A stretch of DNA of 63,934 nt, filler included, from Craspedostauros australis (Eukaryota): assembly GCA_030167865.1 (NCBI GenBank). It is 9 parts of 9 records of this genome, joined end to end, with 100 filler letters (N's around TTAATTAATTAA, not from the genome) between each part and the next. Parts side by side here need not be neighbours in the genome. Positions count along the whole stretch, not along the records: positions 20,078 to 47,438 come from JALAGF010000898.1; positions 47,539 to 49,710 come from JALAGF010000899.1; 7 more parts are not named here. One strand, 5' to 3'. Shown one piece after another: positions 34,639 through 48,097 of the stretch. The notes under the pieces are model-generated. The model had not been told where the DNA came from. It saw only the letters and a list, made by a program, of their open reading frames with translations, and searched no databases. Position 1 is the stretch's first letter, and each line of letters opens with the position of its first letter. A program made the position numbers and the translations under genes.

Positions 34639-36643
34639 TTAGGCATCATGACGGAAGTTTCGGACGGTCTCGATGAAGAAGTGTGCGTTCTCCTCTGGCG
34701 TGCAGGCCTCGATTCCGTGTCCCAAGTTCATGACGTGACCGGTTGGTCCGGCTTTTCTCAAGATCTCCTCTGCACGTTCCTTGATGATGTCGTGGTTGGA
34801 CATCAGGATGCTTGGATCGAGATTGCCCTGGACACCGCCGACACCCTCGAGTCCGGCTGCCTTGCGTCCGTTGGTAACGCGTTCGCGTCCGACCTCCATA
34901 TCGACGGTCCAGTCCAGCGAGACGACGTCGACACCGGTGCCCGCCATCTTCTCGATGAGTGCACCGGAGTGCTTGATGTAAATCACGGTCGGGATATCTG
35001 GGTACTTGGCCTTGACCTGCGTGGGTGTGTGGAGTCGCACGTTGATGATGAAAATGATGTTGAGTGAGATTGCACAGATTGGGGTTAATTCATGAACGGA
35101 AATCAAGTAGCAGGTGCTGTGTCATGTTGCTCAACAACGGCAGTGCCTGGAGCCACCACCATCACAGACAACACGCATGCAGAACAGACAGCACATGTGC
35201 GAGCCGAAGAACGTACCTTGTCCAGGATCTGCTTTTGGTATGGAGCGGCGAATTCATCGTAATCACGTGGCGACAAGTGACCGGCCCAGGAATCGAAGAT
35301 CTGGATCAATTGGGCACCATTCTCGACCTGGTACAGCGCGTACTCTCCGATGCTGTCGGCAAGATTCTGGAGGATGGAATGCAAGAGCTTTGGCTCGTTG
35401 AAGGCCATCTTCTTGATCTCGAGGTATTCCTTGGAGGTCTTACCCTCGACGAGGTAGGTGGCCAAGGTGTACGGGCATCCGACGAAGCCCAAGACGGCTG
35501 TCTCTGGTCCGACCTCGTCACGCAGGATCTTGAGCGTCTCGGCGACGAATGGTGCCGCGCTGGATGGATCGATTGGCCTCATCTACAATTCATGTTGAAG
35601 AAGATGGAATGGGATGGATCCAAGGTGAGATTGCAAATGTGTGCATGTACGTTCGGTGCCAAAATGCACAAGCAGCAATGCAGATTTAGGAACACGGTGG
35701 AGCAGTTCACGAGAAAGGGTGCAGATGCAAAATGAAGTTCGAGGAATGCAATGGAGCAGTCAAGAATTCAAGTCAAGTCGATCGAAGCGGGGAAATCAAG
35801 CAAAGCAGATGGTGAGATCTGAAGCATTCAAGAAACGAAAAGCGGAACAATCCCAATTCTCGTCCACCGAGTTTGATTCTTCCGCCGCAATGCCCAAGTA
35901 CCATGACGACAGATGTGTGATAGCACACGGCATCAACGTCATGGTGTGTGTCTTGCATTTGCAGCAATGTCGATGCTCTTGTCCTTTCCACGCTGTATAG
36001 TGCCATGCCCGATCCTGTGCTCGAACTTCTTGCATGAATTTTACTGCCAGAGTGCAATCTTCCAATCTCCCGGGATTTTCGTGAATGTCTTCTGAAGCAG
36101 GAAATGAGATCCACGCGATAAAGCGATCCCGCAATAGCGATGCGTGCGGCACGGACAACTTACTTTCTTGAGATCCTCGTAGTTGCGGATCGGTTCCATG
36201 ATGGGCCCGAGCTTTTCATCGATGGAGAACTCGCATCCCATCCCCGGCAACGGCGTGAGGATATCGGAGAAGAGGATGCATCCATCCGTCTTGTAGTTCC
36301 TCCACGGCTGCAGAGAGACCTCGACGGCCACCTCCGGAATTTCGCTGCGCTGACGGAACGTGGGCCATTTCTTGCAGAGATCGCGGTATTCCTGAATGTG
36401 ACGTCCGGCCTGTCGCATCATCCAGACGGGCGTGCGCTCGACCTTTTCACCGCGCGCCGCACGGATGAGAAGCGGGGCATCGGTGTTGGACGATGACGAT
36501 GCGGCATCTCCGCTCGTGGCCTCGTCGACGACGCTCTGCACGACGGTCTTGGTGCGCGCGGCGTGGGTCTGGACGTTGAAGGCCGTGGCGGCGTGCTGGT
36601 GGACGGCGAGCACGAGGGCGGCGGCGGCGATTGACAACTTCAT
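34639..36643 (-). CDS. hemE: Plastid-targeted uroporphyrinogen III decarboxylase; exons 36643-36164, 35582-35217, 35016-34639 (407 aa)
   Basis: [53 protein letters not shown] motifs; two phase-0 GT-AG introns; bipartite presequence [22 protein letters not shown]. Confidence 0.95.
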
Positions 36644-38061
36644 GATTTTGTGTATTGCAGTGGATTGGAGGAGTGTGTATTGGTGTGGTACGAATGATTT
36701 TGTGCGATTTCGAGGATCGGCTGGGGTTGTGTGAGGTGTGATGCAACCGCAGTGACAGGTGACGAGAGGGTATCCTTGTCGCACGAAAGAGAGCACGGTC
36801 GCTGCAGTTGTTGGATCGGATGAGAGGCAGGTTGTTGCCGACGTCGTATCTGTCACTGATGCGGTTGCGGATGTCATCATGAAGGCAGCGTCGCTGATGA
36901 CCACAAGAGAACAGTTGGGAAATGGGCGTCACTCACCACAAGTTCAACTTGGGATCCGGTCGATTGGTTTTCTGTGTTGTCGTTCCCGGTGGAAGCTGAT
37001 TCATGCTCTCGATTACTTCGATCATAGTCATGGACTCGATGGAGTCGGAGATGACAGGTAGGAGAGACCCGTTTTTCGTTCATGATCGTGATTGGCGTCG
37101 GCCGGGATTGGATGGCTTCCATCGGCATCCACATTCGTCCGCTAAAAAGTGCTAAGTATGAGAATCCCTGTCTGCGCAACCACCCAAGCCCTTCGTAGTC
37201 GTGAGTTAATTAACGCAGTGACAAGAACGACGACCATCGAATTCGCAAAACTTCATGCGTGCGCAGTCGTTTTCACGACAAGAAATGCCACAAATGTCAA
37301 AGACAGTTGCCTCACGAATCGCGCATCGGCTCAACAACCCCACGACAACACGGTTGGGAGCGTCTGAAATACACCGCGAAACCGAGTTTGTCGACGACCA
37401 CACGAAGCAGGCACCTTCTTTGTACCCAGGGTGGGAACAGACGCGACAACGATAACGACAACGACGAAAACGATGATGGCCACGAAAGAGAGAACAAGAA
37501 ACTGAGAGGATTGGAAAAGAGCGGGCAAGAAACAACAGATAGTGGTGCACAACACGGAGCCACACAAAATGCCAGCACTGACACAAAGTCGTGGCACAGA
37601 GCAGAGGACCTCGATTGCCCTTCTCCACTCATCCACATACTCAGACTCGCACTCACACCCATAGTCACGCTCATAGTCACTCGTGGTGGACCATAGTCGT
37701 ACCAACACGGCACGGCACTATACGACCCCACAATACGAGCTTCCCACAAGTCCAGAGCAAGGTCGATGCAAACACTTTGCAGACCATCCTCGGACCATCC
37801 TCGGACCATCCAAAGCACCATCATCGTTGCCATCGTTGTCATAGTCATAGCCTTCTTGGTGGGAGAAAGCACATGCTTGGGACTTTACATGCATTGAGTT
37901 GAGTTGAATTGAGTGGAGTGGAGTTGAATTGGATTGAGCAACCGCGGAGACGACAGCAGCAGGACCACTCTGGGATTGAGGCAATCAGGTTGGGATAGAC
38001 GGGCTGTTGTGGGCTGTTGTGCAAATAATCGAACGAAAGAAGGTGAAGCCCAATCGCAAAG

Positions 38062-39282
38062 ATGGTGGAGAAACGAGGCCGCGCACCTTCGCCTGCTGGA
38101 GGCAATGGCGCTTCGCAGCACAGCGCGCTTGCGGAGTCTCCCAGAAGCCGAAAGCGCTTTCGAATACAAGCGCAGCACCAGCCTGCCGCTGAGCCAAAGG
38201 TCAAGAGGAGGCTCACCTTCTCTGCCAATGGACCCACCGTGGCGGAGTTCTTCGTCGCTGATCCCGTTCGAGGATGTCTCAACATCATCCATTGTGGTGA
38301 GCAGGCATCCAAGGCGACTGCTTCAACAGCAACACCAGCATCAACGGACTCATCGCCATTGTCTGGCTGTGACTCCTTCAACAACGCGGACGGCTCTTCG
38401 CTGCCATCGACAGCCTCGACGCGATTTCGATCGCGAGCAGAAACACGGCCATCATCGCCGCCGTTGTCGCAGGTGGGAGCGTGTGAGGAGGACTCGAAGC
38501 ACAACGACTGCGCTTCCCAATCCAACTCCACAGCCTCCACCATGGACATCGACACGGAGCTCGCCGAGAGCGACAGCACCACAGCAACCGCAACGGCAAC
38601 CACAACAGAAACCACAACAGCATCCTCATTAGGCGTCAATCGTTCGAGACACATGTGGCTCACACGCGACGACCTCGCACGATTCCGCTCCTGCGCCAGA
38701 CGCCTCTGCAGATCCGTCAGCATCGATCACATCCTGTCGGACGCCTACGCCGACGCCTGCAGCACCATCTCCATCGAACAGGTCCAGACGGTGCCCTTCG
38801 TCACCAACTGCGATTACATGGACCAGCGCGGACTCGAACGATGGTCGTCGTCCTTGCACGCCCTCGAACGCAGCTTCAAGATCGTGCAGGTCAAGTCGGC
38901 CGTCCTCCTCGAACAGGCCAGCCAGTTCCTGACGGGAAAACGCGATGCCCACAAACTGGCCAAGGTGGCGCAGGAGGCCTCCATCACGTCGCTCCGATTC
39001 GCGCAGGTCCTCGCGGCCGGCGACGCCGAACTCGCCAAGCGCTTGCAGCTCGAACAGTGCGGCGTGGCATCCAACGACGAAGACTACGAGCACGGCATCG
39101 TCAATCCGCACAGCATCTTTGGTCTCTGTCCCACGGACGACGACACCTCCAGCAGCTCGTCGAGCAGCGATTTCGCCGACGATGACATCGACGAAGCCGC
39201 CGCTGCGTCCGACAACGGCACCAAGCCATGGGTGGACTACGCACTCCAGATGTTCAATGCGTCGTTTCCCGCCGTGGCATGA
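38062..39282 (+). CDS. Uncharacterised diatom-type protein with KRRLTF, WLTRDDL and RGLE motifs
   Basis: 406-aa ORF with coding-like codon bias. The motif order (basic-x-x-F, W....E/D, RGLE, VLLEQ) recalls a widespread uncharacterised diatom family. Confidence 0.7.
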   Translation: MVEKRGRAPSPAGGNGASQHSALAESPRSRKRFRIQAQHQPAAEPKVKRRLTFSANGPTVAEFFVADPVRGCLNIIHCGEQASKATASTATPASTDSSPLSGCDSFNNADGSSLPSTASTRFRSRAETRPSSPPLSQVGACEEDSKHNDCASQSNSTASTMDIDTELAESDSTTATATATTTETTTASSLGVNRSRHMWLTRDDLARFRSCARRLCRSVSIDHILSDAYADACSTISIEQVQTVPFVTNCDYMDQRGLERWSSSLHALERSFKIVQVKSAVLLEQASQFLTGKRDAHKLAKVAQEASITSLRFAQVLAAGDAELAKRLQLEQCGVASNDEDYEHGIVNPHSIFGLCPTDDDTSSSSSSSDFADDDIDEAAAASDNGTKPWVDYALQMFNASFPAVA

Positions 39283-39805
39283 TGCGGTGTCGACCAAAGG
39301 ATTCTCCAGTCTGTCATGCTCTGCGAGGATGCAACTTAAAACACTCTAACATTCCAATTTTGAACATATATCCGCGATCGGGTCCTGTCATGTTGCGCAG
39401 ATGTGTATGAGTCTGTTGGTGAGTGGTTAGTTTCTACGTCCATCGACTAGAAAGAGAGAGAGAGAGATGGATATCGCTTCGTGGACCTGAAGATCAGCGA
39501 GCATACTGGGGGACTGGAGAATGCCTCTCTCTGCGTGGATGGTACTTCGAAAACAACGCAACGCAATTGATGTGAAAGGTAACGACCTCAGAGAAGATGT
39601 GGAACCATGGAATTCATTGCTCTACTATATTCATAGCGATTGCGTCTTCGGAATGCTGTGGAGATGCATAGTATCGCGGCACCATCACCGCCGTCATCAC
39701 CATGACAGTTTAGGCCCGGATCTCTTCTCCCGCATATACTATTCTACGACCCAGAGTCGACTCCATCACAGCCGTAGCAAATGGAGAAAGGTATAGACCA
39801 CGACG

Positions 39806-40228
39806 TCAAGACGTCCCCACGATCAACGCCACGGACAACACCAAAAGACCCAACGCCACGAAGATGAGCTTACCACCTTCCTCAAAGGACGGCGTCAGCA
39901 GGATCATCTCATCGCTCGATGCTTCCCACACCAACTGCGCGGCATCCGTCACTTCCACCAACGTGCCGGGCGCCACAGTCTGCGCCGCTTCACCATCGAC
40001 ACGTAACGTGCCCGTGCCGTCGAGCACGTATCGCGTCAAGACATCACCATCAGCACACGACTCCTGCCACGTTCCTGATTGCACTTGCTGCGGCCATTCG
40101 CGCATGCCCATGTCAGCGGCGTCATCGGGGGATGGTTGCGTGATGCGGCAGGCGTGCAGAGCCGTGCTGCGGATGACGAAGGAGGATGTGTGTGCGATCC
40201 ACGCGAAGAGGCAGATGATGGCGCGCAT
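39806..40228 (-). CDS. Small plastid-targeted cupin-like protein (DUF861/EutQ-like) with C-terminal transmembrane helix
   Basis: Signal peptide ending TSS-F; MGMREWP, TRYVLDGTGTL..DG, VAPGTLVEV, LVW cupin pattern; hydrophobic C-terminus. Confidence 0.65.
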   Translation of the reverse strand: MRAIICLFAWIAHTSSFVIRSTALHACRITQPSPDDAADMGMREWPQQVQSGTWQESCADGDVLTRYVLDGTGTLRVDGEAAQTVAPGTLVEVTDAAQLVWEASSDEMILLTPSFEEGGKLIFVALGLLVLSVALIVGTS

Positions 40229-40304
40229 CGGGATTGTATTTGATGTTGTGGGACAATTGTGGGATGCAATACGAGCTGTCTGATGGATTGCGAATGAGCG
40301 AATG

Positions 40305-40380
40305 AGTGATGTGATGTGATGTGAGTGAGTGATGTGAGTGAGTGATGTGAGTGATGTGAGTGATGTGAGTGATGTGATGT
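40305..40380. repeat. (GTGAGTGAT)n-like simple repeat
   Basis: Seen directly, upstream of the cupin gene. Confidence 0.85.
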
Positions 40381-40778
40381 GGGTTGGGGCAAGACATTGT
40401 GGCCAGCAACATCACAAGAAACTACGATCTCGCGATCTTTGACTCCGATGACTCAAACTGCCGCAAATTGCGCAAACGAAGAGAGGTTGATGCTGTCCTC
40501 TCGTGTCAACCTCAGCGGAATGCGATAGGTTCACTCGACTATCGTTGTTACCCAAGGATACTGTCGCATCCCCTTTCATGCATTCATCATTCGTATTCTA
40601 TAATATAATAGAATACAATAGGTAAAGAGTAGAGTGCCCTCATTTGTCTATGCATTGGTCTGTGGTTCCATCCACGAGCCATGTATTATATTATGCAGCT
40701 CATCATGAATCGCCGTGTTCATGTTGTGCTGTGTGTAGAATAGCCCTCTTCCAATCGCCCCTCGCAACCACCATGCCA

Positions 40779-41777
40779 TTATTGCACAGATTTAGATTTC
40801 TTTTTCTGCGAAGATTGGTACTTCTTGATTTCGCGCTGCGCAACGGCTGCAGCGCCTCTGGCCTTGTGCGATGGCTTGTTGGACTTGGTCTTTGATTTGA
40901 GAATGGCCTTCATGTCGACTGGTGACACGGCAGCGCCATTCTCGGAAGCAGCAGCTGGTGTGGTGGAATTCTTGGCAGAACCATTGTGCTTTTTCTTCTT
41001 GCGATGTCTGCGGTTCTTGGAGGAGGATGATGTTGTCGTTGGCGTCACTGTTGGGATGATTTGCTCCGACTCCACCGCCTTGTCACTCACGAGAGCACTC
41101 GCCGAAGGCTCGTCGCCACCATTGACCGAGGCCGGATTGGACGACACGACTTTGTCCGTCGAATCGGTGTGCTGCGTCATGGACACGTCCTGCTGGATTG
41201 TGACTTGAATGATCTCCTTCGGAGGCAGCTCCTGCGCCACGACCATCGCAGTCGGCTTGGAGTCCGTGGAGACGATGGAGCTGACCTCGGAGCTCGCGAT
41301 GGCGTCGTTCGTTCCGGCGAACGATGGCTTGGTTTGGAACTTGGCGTCCTTGATGATGACCGTGTAGTCCACGGCGTCGTTGGTAGAGCCTGTCACGTTG
41401 GATGCGACCATGGTGCACGTCGTGTCCATCGTTTCTGGCAGGACTTCCACGGATAGGGTGGGGAGCTCCGCCTTTGGTTGCTGCGCACCAATCACTTCCT
41501 TGGTCACATCGACGGGTTCGACATGGCGCGTTTTGGTCTCTTGTGGTTGTGGTTCTGGTGTTGGTGTTGTCTCCTCTTTTGGTTCTTCGTCGATCTTTGG
41601 AGCGGATCTGCTGCTGCTCTTGGTGTGGTTGTCGCTGTCACCACGATTGTCACCACGATTGTCACTCCCATGGTCACCACCACCACCGGCGTATCGCAAG
41701 GCCAAACCCGCACCAACGGCAGCCACGCAAAGGATGAGAAGCTTCGTCGTGGAGGATGATACGGATGCTGAACTCAT
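40779..41777 (-). CDS. Hypothetical N-terminally membrane-anchored low-complexity protein with basic C-terminus
   Basis: MSSASV...LLILCVAAVGAGLALRY anchor, then a Ser/Thr/Glu-rich disordered region and a Lys-rich tail. Confidence 0.6.
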   Translation of the reverse strand: MSSASVSSSTTKLLILCVAAVGAGLALRYAGGGGDHGSDNRGDNRGDSDNHTKSSSRSAPKIDEEPKEETTPTPEPQPQETKTRHVEPVDVTKEVIGAQQPKAELPTLSVEVLPETMDTTCTMVASNVTGSTNDAVDYTVIIKDAKFQTKPSFAGTNDAIASSEVSSIVSTDSKPTAMVVAQELPPKEIIQVTIQQDVSMTQHTDSTDKVVSSNPASVNGGDEPSASALVSDKAVESEQIIPTVTPTTTSSSSKNRRHRKKKKHNGSAKNSTTPAAASENGAAVSPVDMKAILKSKTKSNKPSHKARGAAAVAQREIKKYQSSQKKKSKSVQ

Positions 41778-43261
41778 CGTGTTATAATTGCGTGAAGTAC
41801 AACGCTCTACACTGTACGAATATCGGGGGTGGAGAGTATGGTGCACGATGGATGCAATGTATAATACGATCTATGGTATCCTTCGGTTGATGGATCTGTA
41901 TCTGCGCGCAATACTACTACGAGTGGATTGTGCAGTGATGATGTGTCGTGCTGAAGCTCTCTTTTCTGTTCGTTTGCCTGCTCGCCTTGTGTGCCTGTTG
42001 CGTTCGTTTCGTTATCCGAAGCACCGCCCTGGTGTTGCCTCAGCACTTCCCTGATTCCGCCCAGATGTTCTCACCTCCCTCGGAATCGATTGATGGGTCG
42101 ATTGACTTGATTTGATGTTGTGTCTTCGTCCGAGTTCTCGTTTGTGCGAACTGCTTCGTTCTGATACTTTGGAGGAAATACAGTCACAAAACAACGCAGT
42201 CCAAAGATCTGGTTGTGTGTGTGTGCGGCAAGACGTGAGAAACTCCCGCGGTACTGTTGTCTGCGCCGTCATCGTGGCCACAAAATACGAGTACACACGC
42301 GCACGCAACGTCATCGTGGGGCAGGAGTGAATCACGCCCCCCAAAACACGGGAACGGATAGTTCGTAGACTTTCTCAAACGTTAACCACCGTTAAATGAA
42401 GGACCCGTTGGATCAACCATAGCCTAATAATCGGTTTGATCGACTGCGATAGGTCATTGTCAGTCGTGAATCGCTTCTTTTCGTGACATTTCGCCGCTCG
42501 CCAGTGACGCATGCAGAATTTAAACGACCTGTCCGGTCTTGGGTTAGTTGTGTCAAGCGCCGGCGATGTTTCTTTGTCAACTACTCTTGATGTTGCGGCA
42601 GGGCAATAAATACTTTGACGGGACCTGTTGAAGGGAAAATGACCACAAAATCGCTCGAAGGATCGTGTTGACGCAGCGAGAAGAGCAGACACTTCGCTGC
42701 AAGCACATCCACGCGTGTTGTTGTGTTCGTGGATTGGGGGAGACAGGTTGTGCAGTAACGAACAACCACGGTCATTGCGACTGCGTCAACACGCTCGCAC
42801 ACAGAAGGAAGGGAAAAAAACGAAACATGCCTCATCACCCAAGCCCGCGAAGTTGAATGCGACGGATGACAAGCCCCACACCGCAGCCCACCATTCCCAT
42901 CCGTATCCCTCGTCGCAGCCACCGGAATCCAAAAGGCATCAGAATCTCAACAAGGCACCAAAGCTTCCCCAACAACATCTCCCTCCTTCACACGACGAGA
43001 TCACAATCCAACAAAGCCCAAGTCGTCGTAAGCCAACACCACAATCCAAACGAATCCAAAGCAAGGCAAGAGGCAAGAGCGAGGAGTGGAGGTTGACACA
43101 AGACAGGACAACGGAATAGAACAAGGCAGTAGCAAGGGAGTATCACATCATAATCCAAGGCACCCGGCAACTCCATCCAACAGATACAAGCAAGTACAGC
43201 TCCACCCGATCCAATCCAATCCACAACACAACACAACTCACATTCAACAGCAACAGCAACC

Positions 43262-45017
43262 ATGGTCGGCAAAGATCCCAACAAGTCCAACCCCATCAAG
43301 AATGACCCGCTCTTGAAGGAGCTGATGGGCCAGGCCAAGGAATTCTCATCAGAAGCCGACTTCAAGGGATGGAGAACATCCTTCCTCGATGCCTACACCA
43401 CCTATCTCGACGACATCGGTCGCGAGAATGCGCATGTCTCCGAAGCGCACGTCCTGCGCACCATCAAGAAGCTGTCGCAGACCGTCATCAAGGTCTACGG
43501 CTTCACCATGGATGGCGCCATCTCCAAGGAGAAGACTTCCGTCAAAGGCCAGCGCGCCCTCACCGACATGACGGATCAGATGGCAGGATGTGAGTGCGAC
43601 CTATGGCACCAATAGCGGCGTTGCCTCTCTCCATTGCAATGGTCTATCCTTGCTTGCACCTCACGCGCTCGTCGATGCGATGGGAACGCTCATGGACGCA
43701 CGGACCGCCGCCGGAATCATGTCTCACCCATAAATCCGTTTCCCTTGTACCTCTTCCGCTGTCACTGCAATCGCCACCACATTCAACGCCAACATTCAAC
43801 GCCCACATGTATCATCGTCATCGTCGCGGACGCTCTGGTATCATCTCCAATTCTTCTGCCGCACCATGTGCCAACCTCCGTTGCAACCAACAACCACAGG
43901 CGAAAAAGAATTGCAGAGATTCCTGCCGTCCACGCAGCAGGATGAAGAACGCGTCGGATACAACAAATTCGAGCTGGGCGCCGTCCTCATCGCCGACGGA
44001 TTCGAGGTCTACGAAATCCTCAAGAGCATCAAGGACATCGTGCTCACCATGAAGGACGTCACCTTGCAGAACGTCTGCTCGTCCAACAGCATCAGCGTCG
44101 TCAATTTCTTCATCCGCCAGATCGACAGCTTCGCCGACGTCATGGCCGACCTTGGACTGCTCAAGCTCATGGAGAATGTCGTCGCCATGTACGAAGTCAA
44201 ACCGCGCGCCAAGAAATCATCCGGCATCTCGCCCAAGTCGTCGCCCAAGCCGGCGGCCAAGCCAAAGGTCAAGCCAAAGACCAAGCCCGTGACGCCGAAG
44301 GCCAAACCGGCGCCCGCCGCAAATCCAAAACCAAAAACGAAGGACAGCAGTCCCAAGACAAGCCCGGATCAGGATCCGAAACCAAAGGTCAAGGCCAATC
44401 CGAAACCGAAAACGAAAAACATCGTCTACAAGCCCAAGAAGCGAACCAAGAGCACCGACAGCAACGATCCTAAGGATCTGGCATCGGAAGAAGCACCATC
44501 GCAGCCACCATCCGACGAAGAATCGCCGAAGCAGCAATCTCCCAAGCAGGCCAAGCCGGATTCACCCAAGGAGGAACCAGAAAAGCCAAAAAAGAAAAAG
44601 AACGTCAAGACGCGCGCCATCATCGACAACGGCTACGTCAATCCATTGCTCGGCGGAGGACCGTCCAAGGGCCCCAACAACAAAAAGGGCGACGCATCAC
44701 CCGATGCCGCCAACTCCAAACCGAAATCCAAATCCAAAAACAATCCGCAAGACGACAACAACAGCAACAGCGGCGGCGGCGGTGGTGGCGGAAATGGCAA
44801 GCCGGAAGAAATCATCTACTTCGATCTCAAGACCGGCCGCATCGGCAAGATCCTGCGCAGCACGGTCATGGATCAAGGCTTGATCATCACGAAGGATGAC
44901 AATGGCAAGGAAAAGCTGGACGGTGAGGTCGAAGACGAACAAGCACGCGAGGATTTGATATGGGCGATGAAGAAAGCCATGAAGAAGAAAAAGAGCATGC
45001 CGGGCAAGAAGAAATAG
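43262..45017 (+). CDS. Hypothetical protein, exons 43262-43589 and 43900-45017; helical N-domain plus Lys/Pro-rich linker
   Basis: GTGAGT donor at 43590 and CACAG acceptor ending 43899 join in frame (MAG-C-EKELQRF); strong coding codon bias. Confidence 0.75.
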
Positions 45018-46050
45018 AGATCTTCCACAGAGAGCATCATAGATCGATTGATCGATGCCAAGAGGCATGGGGTGGATAAAGAACAGCGCTGCAGACGAAT
45101 TCACTGCACTGGCAGGGGAAAGAGGGTTATGCTGAAATATGTTATACTACAATACACAAATAATACAAAGTCCTATAATACCACACGCTACTCAGCACAA
45201 TGCTCCTACCATCGTGCGACGAGTCCGGTCTCTTCCGAGCCTCGTCAAGTCGTCATTGATGCACATCCTGGAAACCAAGCACGACCGAGATGAGCGTTCC
45301 ATTTTCTAGGCACCATAGTCATGACAAGCAAGCGTGTCCCTTATTCTGAAACTATGTTCCCCAAAACAGAAACAACAAATGGTACCCTACATATAGTACC
45401 CAATGCGCACAGAGGGCCCATGCTTTCGCGGACTGTGAGTTGAGTGCCGCGGATGCTCACATTTCACAACACGTCACCCAAACGTCATTTGTTCTACTCG
45501 TTCATCGTTCCCGCTAAACGTACACTCAAACATGTGCGCTCATAAACACTCGTAGAACCATACATCTCACTTCAGACCTATAATACAACCTTCCACGCAA
45601 GGGCGAGGTCCAACGATGGGAAGTTTGTTGTGCCAATTTGTCCACGGATCATCAGGTGGAGCCATTGCTTTTTCTCTGTTGCCGGCGCTGTTGTCGTGCA
45701 CTTGTATCACCCCCAACAACAGATCCACTCGTCGAGTACGAGTGAAGCGGAGTACCGACATTAGGCGCAGAAAACTCATTGTAGTTTTGGCGGTTTGGAT
45801 CACTGCCGTTGATTGCGGCGACAGAACGGAATAATGGTCGATCATGCGCGGAAGCAACCATCCATCGATTGGCCATCAATCGGACTTGCTTGACACATCC
45901 GCCACCAACGAAAGTTGCCTTCTTCGTTCACCCCAGGCCACATACTCCCCACGAGCATGATCAGATCACGCATCAACTCCACGCATTCCTCACACAATCT
46001 CACAAATCGAACAAAGAAAACACCAATATCACACGATCTGAATTGCAACG

Positions 46051-47438
46051 ATGAACACAACAACAACGACAGACACGTTGATGGACTTTGACTTGGCAAT
46101 GGCATTGCGAGACAACATCGCAGATGCGATCGTCATCTCATTGGCACTTGCGGTGGGATGGGTTGTCGTCGTCTTGAGCAGACCACCCGCCAAGGATGCC
46201 CCTGCGAAGAGTCCTGCTGGGATCATGGAGTCCGTCAAGATGTTTGGATCATCCGAAGCACCATGGTGGCATCTCCAGCTGCAAGAATCCTTGGGATCGT
46301 CTATCTTCCAACACAACCTCCCGATCCGTGGTGGCACGTACGTGCTCTGCGCTGCGAAAGATCAGCGCGAGGTTATGCTTGACAAGACGACTGACAAGCC
46401 GTTGCAACTCTATTCGAATTTCGACAGTATCATGGGACGCAAACAAATGATTTCGCGCTCAACATTCAGCCCTCTCTTCAAGAAGATGAGGAAGAGCGTC
46501 TCACACTCATTTTCCTCTTCGGATATCAACCGGATGAAATCCATCTGCACGAAGTATGTCGAAGAATGGGAAACAGAGTTCCTCGAGAAGATAGTGGATA
46601 CTGATGCCACATTCGATCCATCTTTCGAACTAACAGGGATCGTATTCAAGACCATCATGGAGGCGGCCTTCGAATACAAGTCGACTTCCGAAGACTTCGA
46701 CTCGTTCGCGTCCAACTTTGAGGTGGCTGCCATTGAACTCACTTTCCGTCAAGCTACTAATCCCTTGCGGAAGGTATTCGGTTTTCTGATCCCAGAAGTA
46801 TGGGCAGCGCACAAATGCAGCTCCCACTTGAGGGGCTTCGTGAAGACGGTCTTGGAAGCTTACCGCAAGAATCCCAACAAGTCGGAGAGCACCACTGTGA
46901 TCAAAGTGGTTGAGTCCAATCCGTACGATATGTCCGATGAAGAGAAGGTTGCGGAGCTACTTATTTGGCTCATTGGTGGTTTCGAGACGACGGGATACAC
47001 ACTCGCCAGCACCATTACGTTGCTTGCAAAACACCCGAAGGAGATGAAAGACCTGCAGCAATCGTTGTTGCAGGGTGATCCGACACAATCCAAGGATCAT
47101 CTCAAGCGTGTGATCACCGAATCTCAACGAGTGATCCCTGTTGCTGCAATGGGGTCGGCTCGCTTCACCGGCCGTGATTTCATCTTTTTCGATGAACCCT
47201 CCAACCGCAAGGTCAAGATTCCGAAAGGCGCCTCTGTGTTTCTTCCACAGATCACGGCCCACCGAGACGGGATGGTGTTCGAAGATGCTGGGCAGTTCAA
47301 ACCTGGTCGATGGAAGAATCCGACCAAGGAAATGACACACAGCATCCTGGGATTCGCCTTGGGCAACCGCGACTGTCCTGGTCGATCGATGGCAATCGCT
47401 GAGCTCTACTTGATATTGTCAAGAATCTTGTCCAAGTA
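46051..47438 (+). CDS. Cytochrome P450 (3' end truncated by contig break)
   Basis: N-terminal membrane anchor, I-helix GGFETT, K-helix ESQR, FKPGRW, heme ligand loop FALGNRDCPG. Confidence 0.93.
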
Positions 47439-47538
47439 NNNNNNNNNNNNNNNNNNNNNNNNNNNNNNNNNNNNNNNNNNNNTTAATTAATTAANNNNNN
47501 NNNNNNNNNNNNNNNNNNNNNNNNNNNNNNNNNNNNNN
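47439..47538. other. Artificial contig-joining linker
   Basis: N-TTAATTAATTAA-N, 100 nt. Confidence 0.97.
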
Positions 47539-48097
47539 CCAGCCTCTGTATTTTTTCTGGAAGCGGTGATGCGCGATCTCATCGAGAAGCGCCAAGATGT
47601 CGATCGTTCTTCGCAAAAACTTTGTTCGGGAGAATTAGTTCGGCTCAGTCCCTGGAATGAGGTGAGAAAAGAATGCACGTTTCAATGGTCGCTTTGCTGG
47701 AGGGAGTCGCTGAGCAGTGTTGCACAGAGAGAGTATGTCGTAGGCATAAGTAACTTTAGTCGCAGCGGTCGTCCAAACACACGACGAGAAGTTCGTGGCC
47801 AACGATACAGACGAGCAGACGCGGCAACGACAATCTGTCGGGCGCGGATTGTGCTGTGCAAACAAGGATGATGACACCTGAACTCTCACGAAAAGCTCTC
47901 ACTTGCGCACAGGTTTTCAGCGATGTGATGATCGCAGTTGATGTGGCAGCAACCACAACAAGGAAAGGCGTTCATGATTTCGCAATCGTTCAACCCAAAC
48001 TGCTGAAGGAAGAGGCTTCAACAGGGGAGGCATCGCCATCAGACATCATCATCGCCAACAACAAGAACATCGATCCTCCCGTTGCCCGAAAGCATCA

